Below are positions 27,901 to 35,976 of a stretch of DNA of 36,109 bases, one piece after another. The notes beneath the pieces were generated by a model, which was not told the DNA's origin, made no database searches, and was given only the letters and a program-made list of their open reading frames with translations. Numbering within the stretch: position 1 is the first letter of the stretch; each line of letters begins with the position of its first letter. This DNA comes from Thermoprotei archaeon (GTDB taxonomy: Archaea; Thermoproteota; Thermoprotei; Thermoproteales; B15-G16), in contig QMRC01000016.1 of assembly GCA_003649205.1 (NCBI GenBank), positions 1-36,109 on the forward strand, given 5' to 3'. The translations under genes were made by a program, and so were the position numbers.

Positions 27901-28893
27901 ACACTTCAATATGTGAGGTCACTATCTGAGCAGTATATTGTTGATCCAGAGCGGGTTAAGTATGTATTCGACACTATTCAGCGACATGTCGCAGATGTAG
28001 TACAGGGTGTTTGTGATAAGCTTGTTACCAGGTTGAGACTACTCGATATTCATGACTTAGCACGTGAGGTAGTACTAGCTTTAGCAAGGATATCCCCTGA
28101 CAGTGTGCATCAAGTACATGCACTCATTAGGGAATTTGAGGATAGAGTTAGGTCAGCTATCAGCACTGCTATCATTATGCGTGATTATAGCGTTTTAGAG
28201 GAATTCGCTAATGTAGTTCCTGAACTTGGTCTTCCTACTAAGATCACTGTTACTGTGTCCCCTGAAAGAGCTCACGAGTATGGTCTTGATATTAAGCAAT
28301 CAATTACCCTAGAACTTAACCTACGTGATTTACCGAGATTTCTTGCTGAATTAGATTCTCTATGCTTTACTTGCTCAAGTGAACGAGCCAGAGCTTTTGC
28401 AGCTGCTATTGCGGATCTCTTTGCTAGTTCAATTGCCGAAGCAATTAATGAACAGATACTGAGTAAGCTCGAACTTGAAACCTGGTTCTTGATAAACGTA
28501 CTTACTCTTCGTGAAGGTAAGTTCATTGATGTGAGTACGCTATCAGCTAATGACATTGCTACACTCATGAAGTATGTTCCTGAGTACGATTACCTCGTTG
28601 TTGATGTACTTAAGAGAGCTGATGAGAGGGGAAAGCTTAGAGAAGCCTTACTTGAAGCTCTACTCCTGAATCTTGGTGTACCACCTAGTGAAGTGTATGA
28701 GCTTAAGCACATGAACACGAATGAGCTTAGTAAGTACGTACTTGAGAAGTATGTGGTTGATGAGAGGTTACGGGATGTGGTCGATAAGCACCTTAAGGCA
28801 CTTGATAAAGTACATGTGAGGACTTGTGAAGAACTCTACATGTTATTGCATGAGTACCCATTGTATATCTATACATATCGTGAAATTAGCTAA
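24988..28893 (+). CDS. Large membrane protein (1301 aa): CedA/VirB6-like TM core, extracellular beta domain, long cytoplasmic helical tail
   Basis: TM-rich first ~230 aa (FLACAPLRRLGITL), a sequon-rich beta region (FTVIDASGYPIPYA), a TM ending LSGLFGG, then about 700 aa helical. Confidence 0.65.
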   Translation: MTSPDFLKYLIELAEYDPKYLIIIVSSVVSSMLLIYGLTAYAVLRRSLLPYISSIVFSSVFCYLALIVADQSYVAHVVASTLHIPEHYLDLEKCISLIKKHIASIQSIISTLGYVHTFAVTTLLIIVCLLGFKVGLAAVLMLLLSKFMTGVFTALTAVLSVLISLSRIYTGLVVLHAILDFLHFVLPFMTLAGAVFLACAPLRRLGITLIVFSYVFAFGFPFIISYSLEKGEFGIDVSHLYYETIVLGSGNFTVIDASGYPIPYALLVLHDVSNTSRFYAFQVLDNGFKSTVLPCGTYDLDVITLWCSLSSNCSRVVIEPNLSFKLCNLSVLTANVLAANASVQFLDFSNASRFCIQVPYIVIARRGGVSGIVFYSDVNVTARGDNVVSLVKVLPVNSSFSFTCIASNVIVSYQCSNPNMTVTYSISHVSNPALNVIPEAFFRNLYSNYCVWYNFVIAPIITWIEETGPLGGYEIPYYEFLCRLKPDPFFYYDPSPHVLRVSIEVVAVNETRPNDYAIVQIDVYGVDVTWSKWNWLVYTPYMEYGRYLVKEMSKLWFPLREYAALWYNVFSWLIPLVLSADVLSGLFGGYSISFRLLGLITPLFRGSAARVYGVALSTTMHVAMVLMRRMYLMAHQYIARYTPVMLLRRLIAPTPFIKLRELPVFTRFRVYVEAVRSVLETRIPRKFASVIAHTATALGISTSAIFRAIIHRHPLTLGLQFIASLYKHYLATRRGYFAVDESKFLRFVEIASRLAAAQRSLFHTLLVLASISEKIAMFVSRVSTSKAAAVRVLGELLSIRHVSELVEKYLPPPDVRTFRDIVSAVRSLHHEVERYVRGLDEIRRPITSEDLKYIIAGFYTRFLGYGFYGIELAKKLQSLVTTVYKLSRIAPPTSLQDLSVLRSKIELLRRGDFSQLISLAHYFRNLKVVVPPMPSLPAIKVVHGWIHLLVPGTPRLATISEVAEYVSELHTTLQYVRSLSEQYIVDPERVKYVFDTIQRHVADVVQGVCDKLVTRLRLLDIHDLAREVVLALARISPDSVHQVHALIREFEDRVRSAISTAIIMRDYSVLEEFANVVPELGLPTKITVTVSPERAHEYGLDIKQSITLELNLRDLPRFLAELDSLCFTCSSERARAFAAAIADLFASSIAEAINEQILSKLELETWFLINVLTLREGKFIDVSTLSANDIATLMKYVPEYDYLVVDVLKRADERGKLREALLEALLLNLGVPPSEVYELKHMNTNELSKYVLEKYVVDERLRDVVDKHLKALDKVHVRTCEELYMLLHEYPLYIYTYREIS

Positions 28894-28962
28894 AGATATT
28901 GATATATCGCATTGTATAACTGAAAACTTATTTACATCTTCAATGTACTTCAACTAGGAAAG

Positions 28963-29292
28963 GTGCATAGTATGGTGAGGTGGAAATTGATTGAGTACGC
29001 ATTGACGGATGATGGAATTATAATTTCTCTCCCTGTGTGGCGGTGGAAGAAGACTTGGAAGAGAGGAAAGGGTAGAGGAGAGGTTGTTCGCTATGCTATC
29101 ATGTTACTTCCAGAGGTCATTGAGTTGATTAGACAGCATTTAGATGTTGTTAGGTCTGTTCTCGATGAGGGTAGTGAGGAGAAGAGGATTGTTGTGAAGA
29201 TTTACAATGTTAGGACGGTGCAAGAAGCACTTGAGGTGGAGCGAGAGAAGGAACGTGCTTCTGCTGAGTCACTGATTAAGGACTATAGGTAG
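28963..29292 (+). CDS. Small basic hypothetical protein
   Basis: W/K/R-rich beta hairpin followed by helices; immediately upstream of the MinD/ParA gene. Confidence 0.65.
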   Translation: MHSMVRWKLIEYALTDDGIIISLPVWRWKKTWKRGKGRGEVVRYAIMLLPEVIELIRQHLDVVRSVLDEGSEEKRIVVKIYNVRTVQEALEVEREKERASAESLIKDYR

Positions 29293-29300
29293 GTGATTCC

Positions 29301-30041
29301 ATGGTAGTTGTTTCATTCTTTTCAGGATCAAAAGGTGGTGTAGGGAAGTCAACTCTATCAGCTCTCGTATCCTTAATCACTAGTTTGAAGTACAGGACAC
29401 TAGTACTCGATATCAGTGGTAGAGGTGCATCAGCACTATTGCTTCCTCACAAGCTAGATTCAGCTCAGTGCATAGATGATATCTTTAGAGGTATCTACAC
29501 AAAGTTGAAGATTTACAACATCTCTCGTGATGTCAAAATTAGAACTGGTGGTCTATTTAGGAGAGCTGTAGACGTTATGAAGGTAAGTGTAGACGTTATT
29601 CCATCAAGAGAACCTATTCCCCCTGATCCACATGCACTTAGTCTACTTGTGAATGTAGTTAAGTATGAGCTTGCTAGACGTTACGATGTTGTTATTCTCG
29701 ATATGCCAACTCTACCGCTATCGAGTTTTAGTAAGGTTGAAGCTAACTTCATGAACTTACTTCTTGCATCAGATAGAGTGTTTATCGTTGCTGAGTATGG
29801 TAAACACGATGTATTCGATCAATTTACGGACATACCAGTACTAACATTTAGGGTCCTGAATAAGGTTATTTCACAACAAGATATCAAAACAGTTAAAGCT
29901 GATGTTTTGGTTCCCTTTATTGCTCCACTTTGTCAAAGTATTGAGTTCTTCATTGATGTTGCATTACGATCAATTGATGTATTTCCTCAACTTCGTGATG
30001 CAGTTATCAAACTTGTTAAACTCATCTTCTACCCCTCCTAA
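29301..30041 (+). CDS. MinD/ParA-family ATPase (partition or TadZ/CpaE-like)
   Basis: Deviant Walker A SGSKGGVGKST, LVLD, YDVVILDMP, SDRVFIV and VLNK motifs; AGGTGA RBS. Confidence 0.85.
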   Translation: MVVVSFFSGSKGGVGKSTLSALVSLITSLKYRTLVLDISGRGASALLLPHKLDSAQCIDDIFRGIYTKLKIYNISRDVKIRTGGLFRRAVDVMKVSVDVIPSREPIPPDPHALSLLVNVVKYELARRYDVVILDMPTLPLSSFSKVEANFMNLLLASDRVFIVAEYGKHDVFDQFTDIPVLTFRVLNKVISQQDIKTVKADVLVPFIAPLCQSIEFFIDVALRSIDVFPQLRDAVIKLVKLIFYPS

Positions 30042-30044
30042 CCC

Positions 30045-30827
30045 TTAACCTGAAGCAATCTCTACTCTCACAGCACTATTCTCGTAAACTAGCTTCAAAT
30101 GAACTTCATGCACTAATTCAAGAAGAACTTGCTCTGTCGTAATCTTTGTCTCAACTTCAACCACTCCATGAGGTTTCACTGTTGCTACATCTGTACCTTC
30201 ATAACTTACCGTTATAGTGTAGTCACCTCTATTCCATAACTTGAGCTTTGCTATACCCACGCTCTCATTCACCTTCTCAAGCTCTATGACTAGATCATAG
30301 TTCCAATCTACCTCTTGTCCAAGTTCTTCTGTCTCAACCTCTACTGCTATTCCTTGCTCCAGTACCGTCACGTACTTTCCAGGTTCGTACTTGACCACTG
30401 CTGAATTACATACTGCATGATCATAGTACTTCCAGGTACCTAACTCATGTATGTACATCACTACTCTCATTGGATCAAAGTACGTTACTGTCCTTTGCTG
30501 TGGTATTGATGTTGTAAGATTAACACCTGGATTTAGTACTGTATAGGTCTTTAGATAGCAACTACTTGGTAACTCTACTCCAGGATAGATTAGTACTCTC
30601 GTTTGCGTTAAGACTATTGTATACGTCTTCGGTATATGTAGTGTAATGTAGGTGTACGTCTTTGTCCTGTAAGTGATCTCTATTGCTTTGAGTAAGGTTC
30701 TCAATTCCTGCTGTAAACTCTGTACACCTACACTCTTCTCAAGTTCAAGAACTGGAATGAGTAATAGTGCTAGTGTAGCTACTACTGCTGTTAAGAGTAA
30801 TAGCATTTCAAGTACTTCCACTAACAC
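30045..30827 (-). CDS. Orphan pilin-like / secreted protein
   Basis: GGAGGTG RBS; MLVEVLEMLLLLTAVVATLALL hydrophobic N-terminus, an amphipathic helix, then a beta-rich domain (LWNRGDY..VKPHG). Confidence 0.6.
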   Translation of the reverse strand: MLVEVLEMLLLLTAVVATLALLLIPVLELEKSVGVQSLQQELRTLLKAIEITYRTKTYTYITLHIPKTYTIVLTQTRVLIYPGVELPSSCYLKTYTVLNPGVNLTTSIPQQRTVTYFDPMRVVMYIHELGTWKYYDHAVCNSAVVKYEPGKYVTVLEQGIAVEVETEELGQEVDWNYDLVIELEKVNESVGIAKLKLWNRGDYTITVSYEGTDVATVKPHGVVEVETKITTEQVLLELVHEVHLKLVYENSAVRVEIASG

Positions 30828-31225
30828 ACCTCCATTACAAATAATATCTCAAGATACCTAAATGTTTCTATTTTACCTAATATTTTGGTAAGTGATTTTT
30901 GTTGAAGCTTGAGAGGGAGCTAGATTGCCCTGATACTCTTGACCCTGATGAAGCTAGATTATGGCATCCTAATACCTTACTTCATCATTTATTGATCAAA
31001 GAAAACCTGATTGAAATTTCAAGACTATGCTTTTGCTTGCATTACTTAGCATAAATTATTTTGAAGAAGCCATTAGTAATCTCTCATTACTGGGGCCTAG
31101 GTTAAGCTAACGGTATCTCGTGATCTTAGTTGAAATGCAGAGGATACCTATTTTAGACCTTGAGAAATGTTATTGACCTGGATTACTAGTACTGGGATCT
31201 GAGCTAATGATCATGGGGATCAAGT

Positions 31226-31518
31226 ATGGGGTGGGAGACCTATATCAAAGCGGCATACGATACTATGGTCAAGAACTACAGATTTATACAGGAGAAGATA
31301 CCTGAACTCCTAACTGAGATCACTGAGTTACTTAACTATGTACTCGAATCTCTGTATGGTTACGTACTTGAATTGCCTAGGGATAAAGCTGTAGAGTACT
31401 TACTTACACCAGTTGCTATGCATATATGCTTTCCCAGGGAAGTATGCTCCTTTACACTACTTTGCTAGGTAATGTACCTGCTACAGCATGGTGCCTTCGC
31501 TGTATCCTTGATCCTTGA
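31226..31518 (+). pseudogene. Frameshifted, truncated fragment of a helical protein
   Basis: The 80-aa ORF continues after a frameshift near 31437 as GSMLLYTTLLGNVPATAWCLRCILD, then stops. Confidence 0.45.
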
Positions 31519-31843
31519 GGAGGAAGCACCAGAAGAGAATTTTAACGTCTGTTCTCACCTACTCACCTACTCTTCTACTATGTTGATGGGTTAGTTTTTG
31601 TAGGAAAGACTTCTACGAGAGGATATATGAGGAGGACTTTATCCCGAAGATGGCTAGGGAACTCTTCGATGATGTAATCCATTATTGGAGCGTGGAGTGA
31701 ATTGCTTGCAGTCCAGTATGCATAGACTTCTACGTAGTTTTTTTTTTTAAAAAGAAGAACAGAAGTCAAAAGTGTCTAACTTAATGAACGTATAGAATGT
31801 ATTTGAAAGGGAAGGGGTATTTGAGGAGAGCAACTTACTCTCG

Positions 31844-32584
31844 TTATTTTGTCAATTCTATTGTTACTTCATATCCTCCAATCACTCCAACTTTGAAGTA
31901 CAGCTTGGCAGGCTCCTCACTAACAGGTATCTGGAACAATAGATATCCCTCTATAATCGTATTCGGTGCTACTGATGCAGTTGTATCTAGCTCCTCAAAG
32001 ACTATTGCCTTCGACTTTATTTCGTCTGTTACGTCCCATATATACTCTAGCTCGTAGGTGTAAGCTTTCTCATAGCTCTTATTAGCATTTGAAACTAGCA
32101 TGAAGTTCCAAATATCTGATGCTGTCTTAGCTTCCTTACCTATGTTCTTTATTCTTAACTTCACTAAGACTAGCTTCTTCCCCTCTTTGGCTTTGTAGTA
32201 AGAGTCATCCTTCTTTATGTACTCTGCTTCATCAATCTTCAAAACTGTTATCTCCCAATTTCCAGCTCTTATGGGTTCACCAATACGAGCTGTAATACTT
32301 TTTGTCTCGGTAGCTTCTTCAACAGCTTTTTTAACAGCCCATAAGCCCATATGAATAGCGGCTGTTCCTAGTAGGGCGGGCACAGCAACTATTAATAAGA
32401 TAATGCCTAAGACGAGAGGTAGTGTTCTCCCTTCCCGCTTCGCTATTAGATACGCTCCTATAATGATGGACACAATTGCGAACACATATCCTAGTCCAGC
32501 AGATACGCTCCAAGCTGTAGGAAACACCAAAAGTGCTAGGACTAAGCCCAAGATGAAGAGGACTATCGCCTTTCCAGTCTTCAT
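31844..32584 (-). CDS. Membrane-anchored DUF4352-like Ig-fold protein
   Basis: Three N-terminal TM helices, then IGEPI..WEITVL, LVLVKLRIKNIGKE, FMLV and PN..EGYLLFQIP, which fit the DUF4352 pattern. AGGTG RBS. Confidence 0.72.
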   Translation of the reverse strand: MKTGKAIVLFILGLVLALLVFPTAWSVSAGLGYVFAIVSIIIGAYLIAKREGRTLPLVLGIILLIVAVPALLGTAAIHMGLWAVKKAVEEATETKSITARIGEPIRAGNWEITVLKIDEAEYIKKDDSYYKAKEGKKLVLVKLRIKNIGKEAKTASDIWNFMLVSNANKSYEKAYTYELEYIWDVTDEIKSKAIVFEELDTTASVAPNTIIEGYLLFQIPVSEEPAKLYFKVGVIGGYEVTIELTK

Positions 32585-32649
32585 TTAAACACCTAAGAAC
32601 ATGAAGTGCTGAAGAGGTATTTAAGAATACTCAAAATACAAAGAGAGTA

Positions 32650-33330
32650 GCTACATTTCTTCCATTAGTGCTAGTGCTGTTCTAGTTGTGTCTTTCGGGT
32701 TTACAATCAATACTTTATCACATAAGAGACTAGAAGGTGAGAATATCGATTATTGTTAGGTTTTTACTGGTTTTAAGAGCTATTACATCATCTGGTGCTC
32801 ATCCACAATCCTCGAAATTCCCAATAGGAAGTACTATGCTGTCTGGCTTTACTGTCCTTATCGCTAATTCTAGAGCCTTTGCGTATGAAGCCTCTCACTA
32901 GCTCTGAGCCTGAGCACATTCAAAACGGCCTTATCGACATCGGTATTGTTCGGATCTACTATTAGTGCTGGGTTTGATGTGAATACGAGTAATCCAAGGT
33001 TAAGACCAGTATCTTTATACTTTTGGGCAAAAGCATAGGTTGTTAGTATCGCTAGAAACATTCTGTACCCACTCATACTACCAGAAGCATCGACTACAAG
33101 CATGCCCTCTTTTAACCCCTCTGTACTTCCTAATCTTTCTGACAATTGTTTTGTCATCGATAACCCTACCCTTCTCGAAAGCCCTAACTATCGTCCTTAC
33201 TGTGTTTATCGGGAACTTGTAATCGATACCGCTTGCTTAATTGCTAAAGTAGCCAATATTCTCTCTTCTCCATCCTCGCTCTCTTCAAGGAGCTTACTAG
33301 CAAAGTAGGATGAGAGTATAACTAAGAATA
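32650..33330 (-). pseudogene. Degraded von Willebrand factor A (vWA/CoxE-like) gene
   Basis: Successive frames give INTVRTIVRA..IVRKIRK / MLVVDASGSMSG (MIDAS DxSxS) / SYAKALELAI..DSIVLPIGNFED / KVLIVNPKD, separated by frameshifts and stops. Confidence 0.7.
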
Positions 33331-33752
33331 GTACTGCTTTCACCTCCTTGGCAGATATCGTAGGCCTACACTCAATCCTATCGCAAACTTTTATACATTT
33401 TGTTAGCTTCTCTATTGTTACTCGTATGTTTATCTTCCTAACCTTCTCGTAGGATTCGAGAGCCCGGTCTGGGAACGTGGTTAGCTGTATCCTAGCGATT
33501 CCAAGTGTTGGAGAGTCGGAATTCCTTTAGCTAATCTCTTATCTCCTTAAGCTACCTCAGTCTGTGTCATTACTTTTGATACTATTTAGGCGATAAAGCT
33601 ACTGAATAAGTTATGCATATTTTGAATTTAGAAAGTACATCGTGCGCGTGTTAAAGCACATACAAAATATTCCGTACATCATGTATATACCTACGTCTCG
33701 TTATTAGTAAGGTTTATTTTCTGTGATATAGGTAGGTATAATTGACATAGTT

Positions 33753-34412
33753 ATGGCTCAGAATGAAGTAATCTTATTGGTTGAGATTATTGAACCGGGA
33801 TCGGAAGGTCCTCGTTTTGAGAGTAGGGTTCGTATTCCTAGAGATGTTGCAGGAGCTGTATACTCTGCTTTAACAGATGTTATTTCGTATCTCACTGGAT
33901 CTATGGTGGGTGGGAATTCGGAGAAGTTGAGGGATGAGATTAGGAGGAGGATTGAGGAGTTGAGGAGTTTTATTGAGAGTAGTAGGTATCCTAGAGTGGA
34001 TGAGTTTGGTGCTCTTGTTGAGGAGTTGAGGGATTATGTTGTGAGTAAGACTGATGAATTTATTACTTTGAAGGTTGGTGATGTGACGCTATACATTGAT
34101 AGAGCTAGGACTGATATTGAGACGTTGAGGGGGCTTGTTAGGTTGTTGAAGCGTGGTAAGGTTGTTGTTAAGGTTCCTCATGCTATTGCTGTGTACTCCT
34201 CTGAGGAAAGTAGGTTGTATGTGCTTTTTGATCAGATGACGGTAACTAGGTCTATTAGGTACTTCTCGAGGAAGGTGAAGTTTGAGCTTGAAGATATTGT
34301 AAGGGCTTTGAAGGCACTTGCTAATGTTTCTTCAGTGAGGGGGTCAAGGATTAGGTATGAAGCTGTTGAGGCTATGATTAAGATCTTGGAGGAGAGAGGT
34401 CTCTCTGAGTAA
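33753..34412 (+). CDS. Hypothetical protein, paralog of 19425..19970
   Basis: 219-aa ORF whose C-terminal half is homologous to the N-terminal part of 19425..19970. Confidence 0.75.
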   Translation: MAQNEVILLVEIIEPGSEGPRFESRVRIPRDVAGAVYSALTDVISYLTGSMVGGNSEKLRDEIRRRIEELRSFIESSRYPRVDEFGALVEELRDYVVSKTDEFITLKVGDVTLYIDRARTDIETLRGLVRLLKRGKVVVKVPHAIAVYSSEESRLYVLFDQMTVTRSIRYFSRKVKFELEDIVRALKALANVSSVRGSRIRYEAVEAMIKILEERGLSE

Positions 34413-34419
34413 TACCTTG

Positions 34420-35166
34420 CTACCTAATGTATATTTGCTGCTTTACTACTTTCTTAGCTACTTCTATACCTGCTTTGAGTAGTTGATGTAGGAGGTTGTA
34501 GTCGTTCTCAAGTATTTCTCTTAACTTCCTGTCTGCTATTTGCTGTGTAAGCTCTATGTAGATCTCTATTCGATTTGTTAGTTTCTCAATGAGTTCGATG
34601 TACTTTGTTGCTAATTCCATTAATATTTGTGAGTTCTTGAGTTGTGCTTCAAGTACTAGGTTGAGTACTGTTATCGTTAGTACTCTTACTTTTTCACGAT
34701 AGATTCTGTACACTAGTTCTAGTGCTCTCTCCTCTATTGTCTTGCTTAGTGTAGTACCTTGAAGATGTATTAGTGGTAGACAGTTTCTACAAAGTACCTC
34801 TACGTAGTCTTCACCTTCTGAGTACTCTAGTTGAGAGCTACAGAGTGGACAGGGTATTTGTGTTGTGTACATTTCCTTTAATCTCGCTGGTGGTGTAATT
34901 ACCTGTACGAAGTATTCATATAGTTCCTTCACTACATCTCTCTTCAATTTCCTTGGGTTTACTGGTATGTTATCCTCGATGAGGCATTTATTGCACCATA
35001 TTACTAGTTCAAATCTCGTTTTCTTTCTGAGTAGTGGGTATAGCCATACGTATACAGTTCCTCCACATCTACACTCTCCTATAGGTTTTGGTTGTGTGTA
35101 CTTTGTTGCTTCGTACATTGCTTTTCTCACTCTCGGAAGTCCTTTCCATTGAGTACTTTTAACCAA
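34420..35166 (-). CDS. Double zinc-ribbon protein with C-terminal coiled coil
   Basis: CRCGG..CNKC and CPLC..CRNC pairs. Confidence 0.75.
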   Translation of the reverse strand: MVKSTQWKGLPRVRKAMYEATKYTQPKPIGECRCGGTVYVWLYPLLRKKTRFELVIWCNKCLIEDNIPVNPRKLKRDVVKELYEYFVQVITPPARLKEMYTTQIPCPLCSSQLEYSEGEDYVEVLCRNCLPLIHLQGTTLSKTIEERALELVYRIYREKVRVLTITVLNLVLEAQLKNSQILMELATKYIELIEKLTNRIEIYIELTQQIADRKLREILENDYNLLHQLLKAGIEVAKKVVKQQIYIR

Positions 35167-35215
35167 ATTCTTATGGTATGATTACATGTCATTGTAGTGT
35201 CTTTACCGTACTCTG

Positions 35216-35635
35216 TTACGTTACTACTCTCTGCTCTTTTACTTCGGTGATTTTTCTCCTGCTCAGTATCTCTATCCAAGGGTTATCTAAGACCCACCTT
35301 ATACTCTCTTCACCTGTCTGTACTGGCCTTGGTATTGTTGAGGTTACTACTGCTGGTTGCTGTAGTTGCTGTGCTAGTGCTGTTACTACGCTACTTAATT
35401 CCTCTAGCTTCTTCACTATGTCCATGATCTGTCTCTTCACATCCATTATTGCTAACTGTACTTCTCTCAACTCCTTCTGCTCTCCTAAAGTCACTACATT
35501 TACTAGCTTTTGCTGTAGAGCTTGCCTTATTAGCTCCCGTATTAGAGCTGGAATTGAAATCCTACGTACTCTCGCTAGGTTTTCAAGTAGCTTGTACATG
35601 TCATCACTGAGCTTTACATTTACTTGCTTCGTCAT
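35216..35635 (-). CDS. Ribbon-helix-helix (CopG-like) DNA-binding protein with coiled coil
   Basis: KQVNVKLSDDMYKLLENLAR.RRISIPALIRELIRQAL is a canonical RHH pattern. Confidence 0.85.
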   Translation of the reverse strand: MTKQVNVKLSDDMYKLLENLARVRRISIPALIRELIRQALQQKLVNVVTLGEQKELREVQLAIMDVKRQIMDIVKKLEELSSVVTALAQQLQQPAVVTSTIPRPVQTGEESIRWVLDNPWIEILSRRKITEVKEQRVVT

Positions 35636-35638
35636 CGT

Positions 35639-35701
35639 GGTACCATAGGTTGGTACCTAATTTTATACCTTTTGTATCTTGTGGTACCTATTGTAGGTAC
35701 C
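35639..35701. promoter_or_regulatory. Operator-like array: two GGTACC-N7-GGTACC pairs flanking the RHH gene TATA box
   Basis: GGTACC at 35639, 35652, 35683 and 35696; TATAAAA on the minus strand at 35661-35667 lies between the pairs. Confidence 0.6.
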
Positions 35702-35781
35702 TTACTACCTATGTTCGTTAATATACATCATAAGTTATCTTTACAAATTCTCACCTGTAATCTCTACTTGGTGAATCTTGT

Positions 35782-35889
35782 ATGAGATGTAAGGAGAAGG
35801 AGAAGCTTGATACCATTAACTGCATGTTCATTACTTTCGAGATCACTAATGATGGTCGCCACCGAATTATGTACATCAACATTGCCTAA
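35782..35889 (+). CDS. Possible 35-aa peptide
   Basis: GGTGA RBS-like sequence upstream of MRCKEKEKLDTINCMFITFEITNDGRHRIMYINIA; no other support. Confidence 0.25.
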   Translation: MRCKEKEKLDTINCMFITFEITNDGRHRIMYINIA

Positions 35890-35895
35890 TGTATC

Positions 35896-35929
35896 TGGTG
35901 TACCAATTGGTGTACCACATGGTACACCA
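35896..35929. repeat. Three 10-bp near-palindromes at 12-bp period
   Basis: TGGTGTACCA (35896), TGGTGTACCA (35908) and TGGTACACCA (35920, reverse complement of the first two). Confidence 0.8.
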
Positions 35930-35939
35930 ATTTATCATT

Positions 35940-35953
35940 GAAAAATTTATTTT
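35940..35953 (+). promoter_or_regulatory. Putative BRE-TATA for the right structured RNA
   Basis: GAAAAA-TTTATTTT about 24-31 nt upstream of the conserved structure start (~35977). Confidence 0.5.
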
Positions 35954-35976
35954 GTGGATCACCTACTCTACACCTT

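Noticed and set aside
31738-31753. T11-A5 run as a phase-variation switch or terminator
   Set aside because: It lies in a degraded region with no intact gene to control on the appropriate strand, and may be decay or a homopolymer error.
35178-35648. 156-aa plus-strand Cys/Ser-rich ORF
   Set aside because: Entirely antisense to the clear RHH gene.
35639-35929. Short repeats as a CRISPR array
   Set aside because: Units are 6-10 bp with 2-7 bp spacers, and there are no cas genes or 24-40-bp repeats anywhere in the window.
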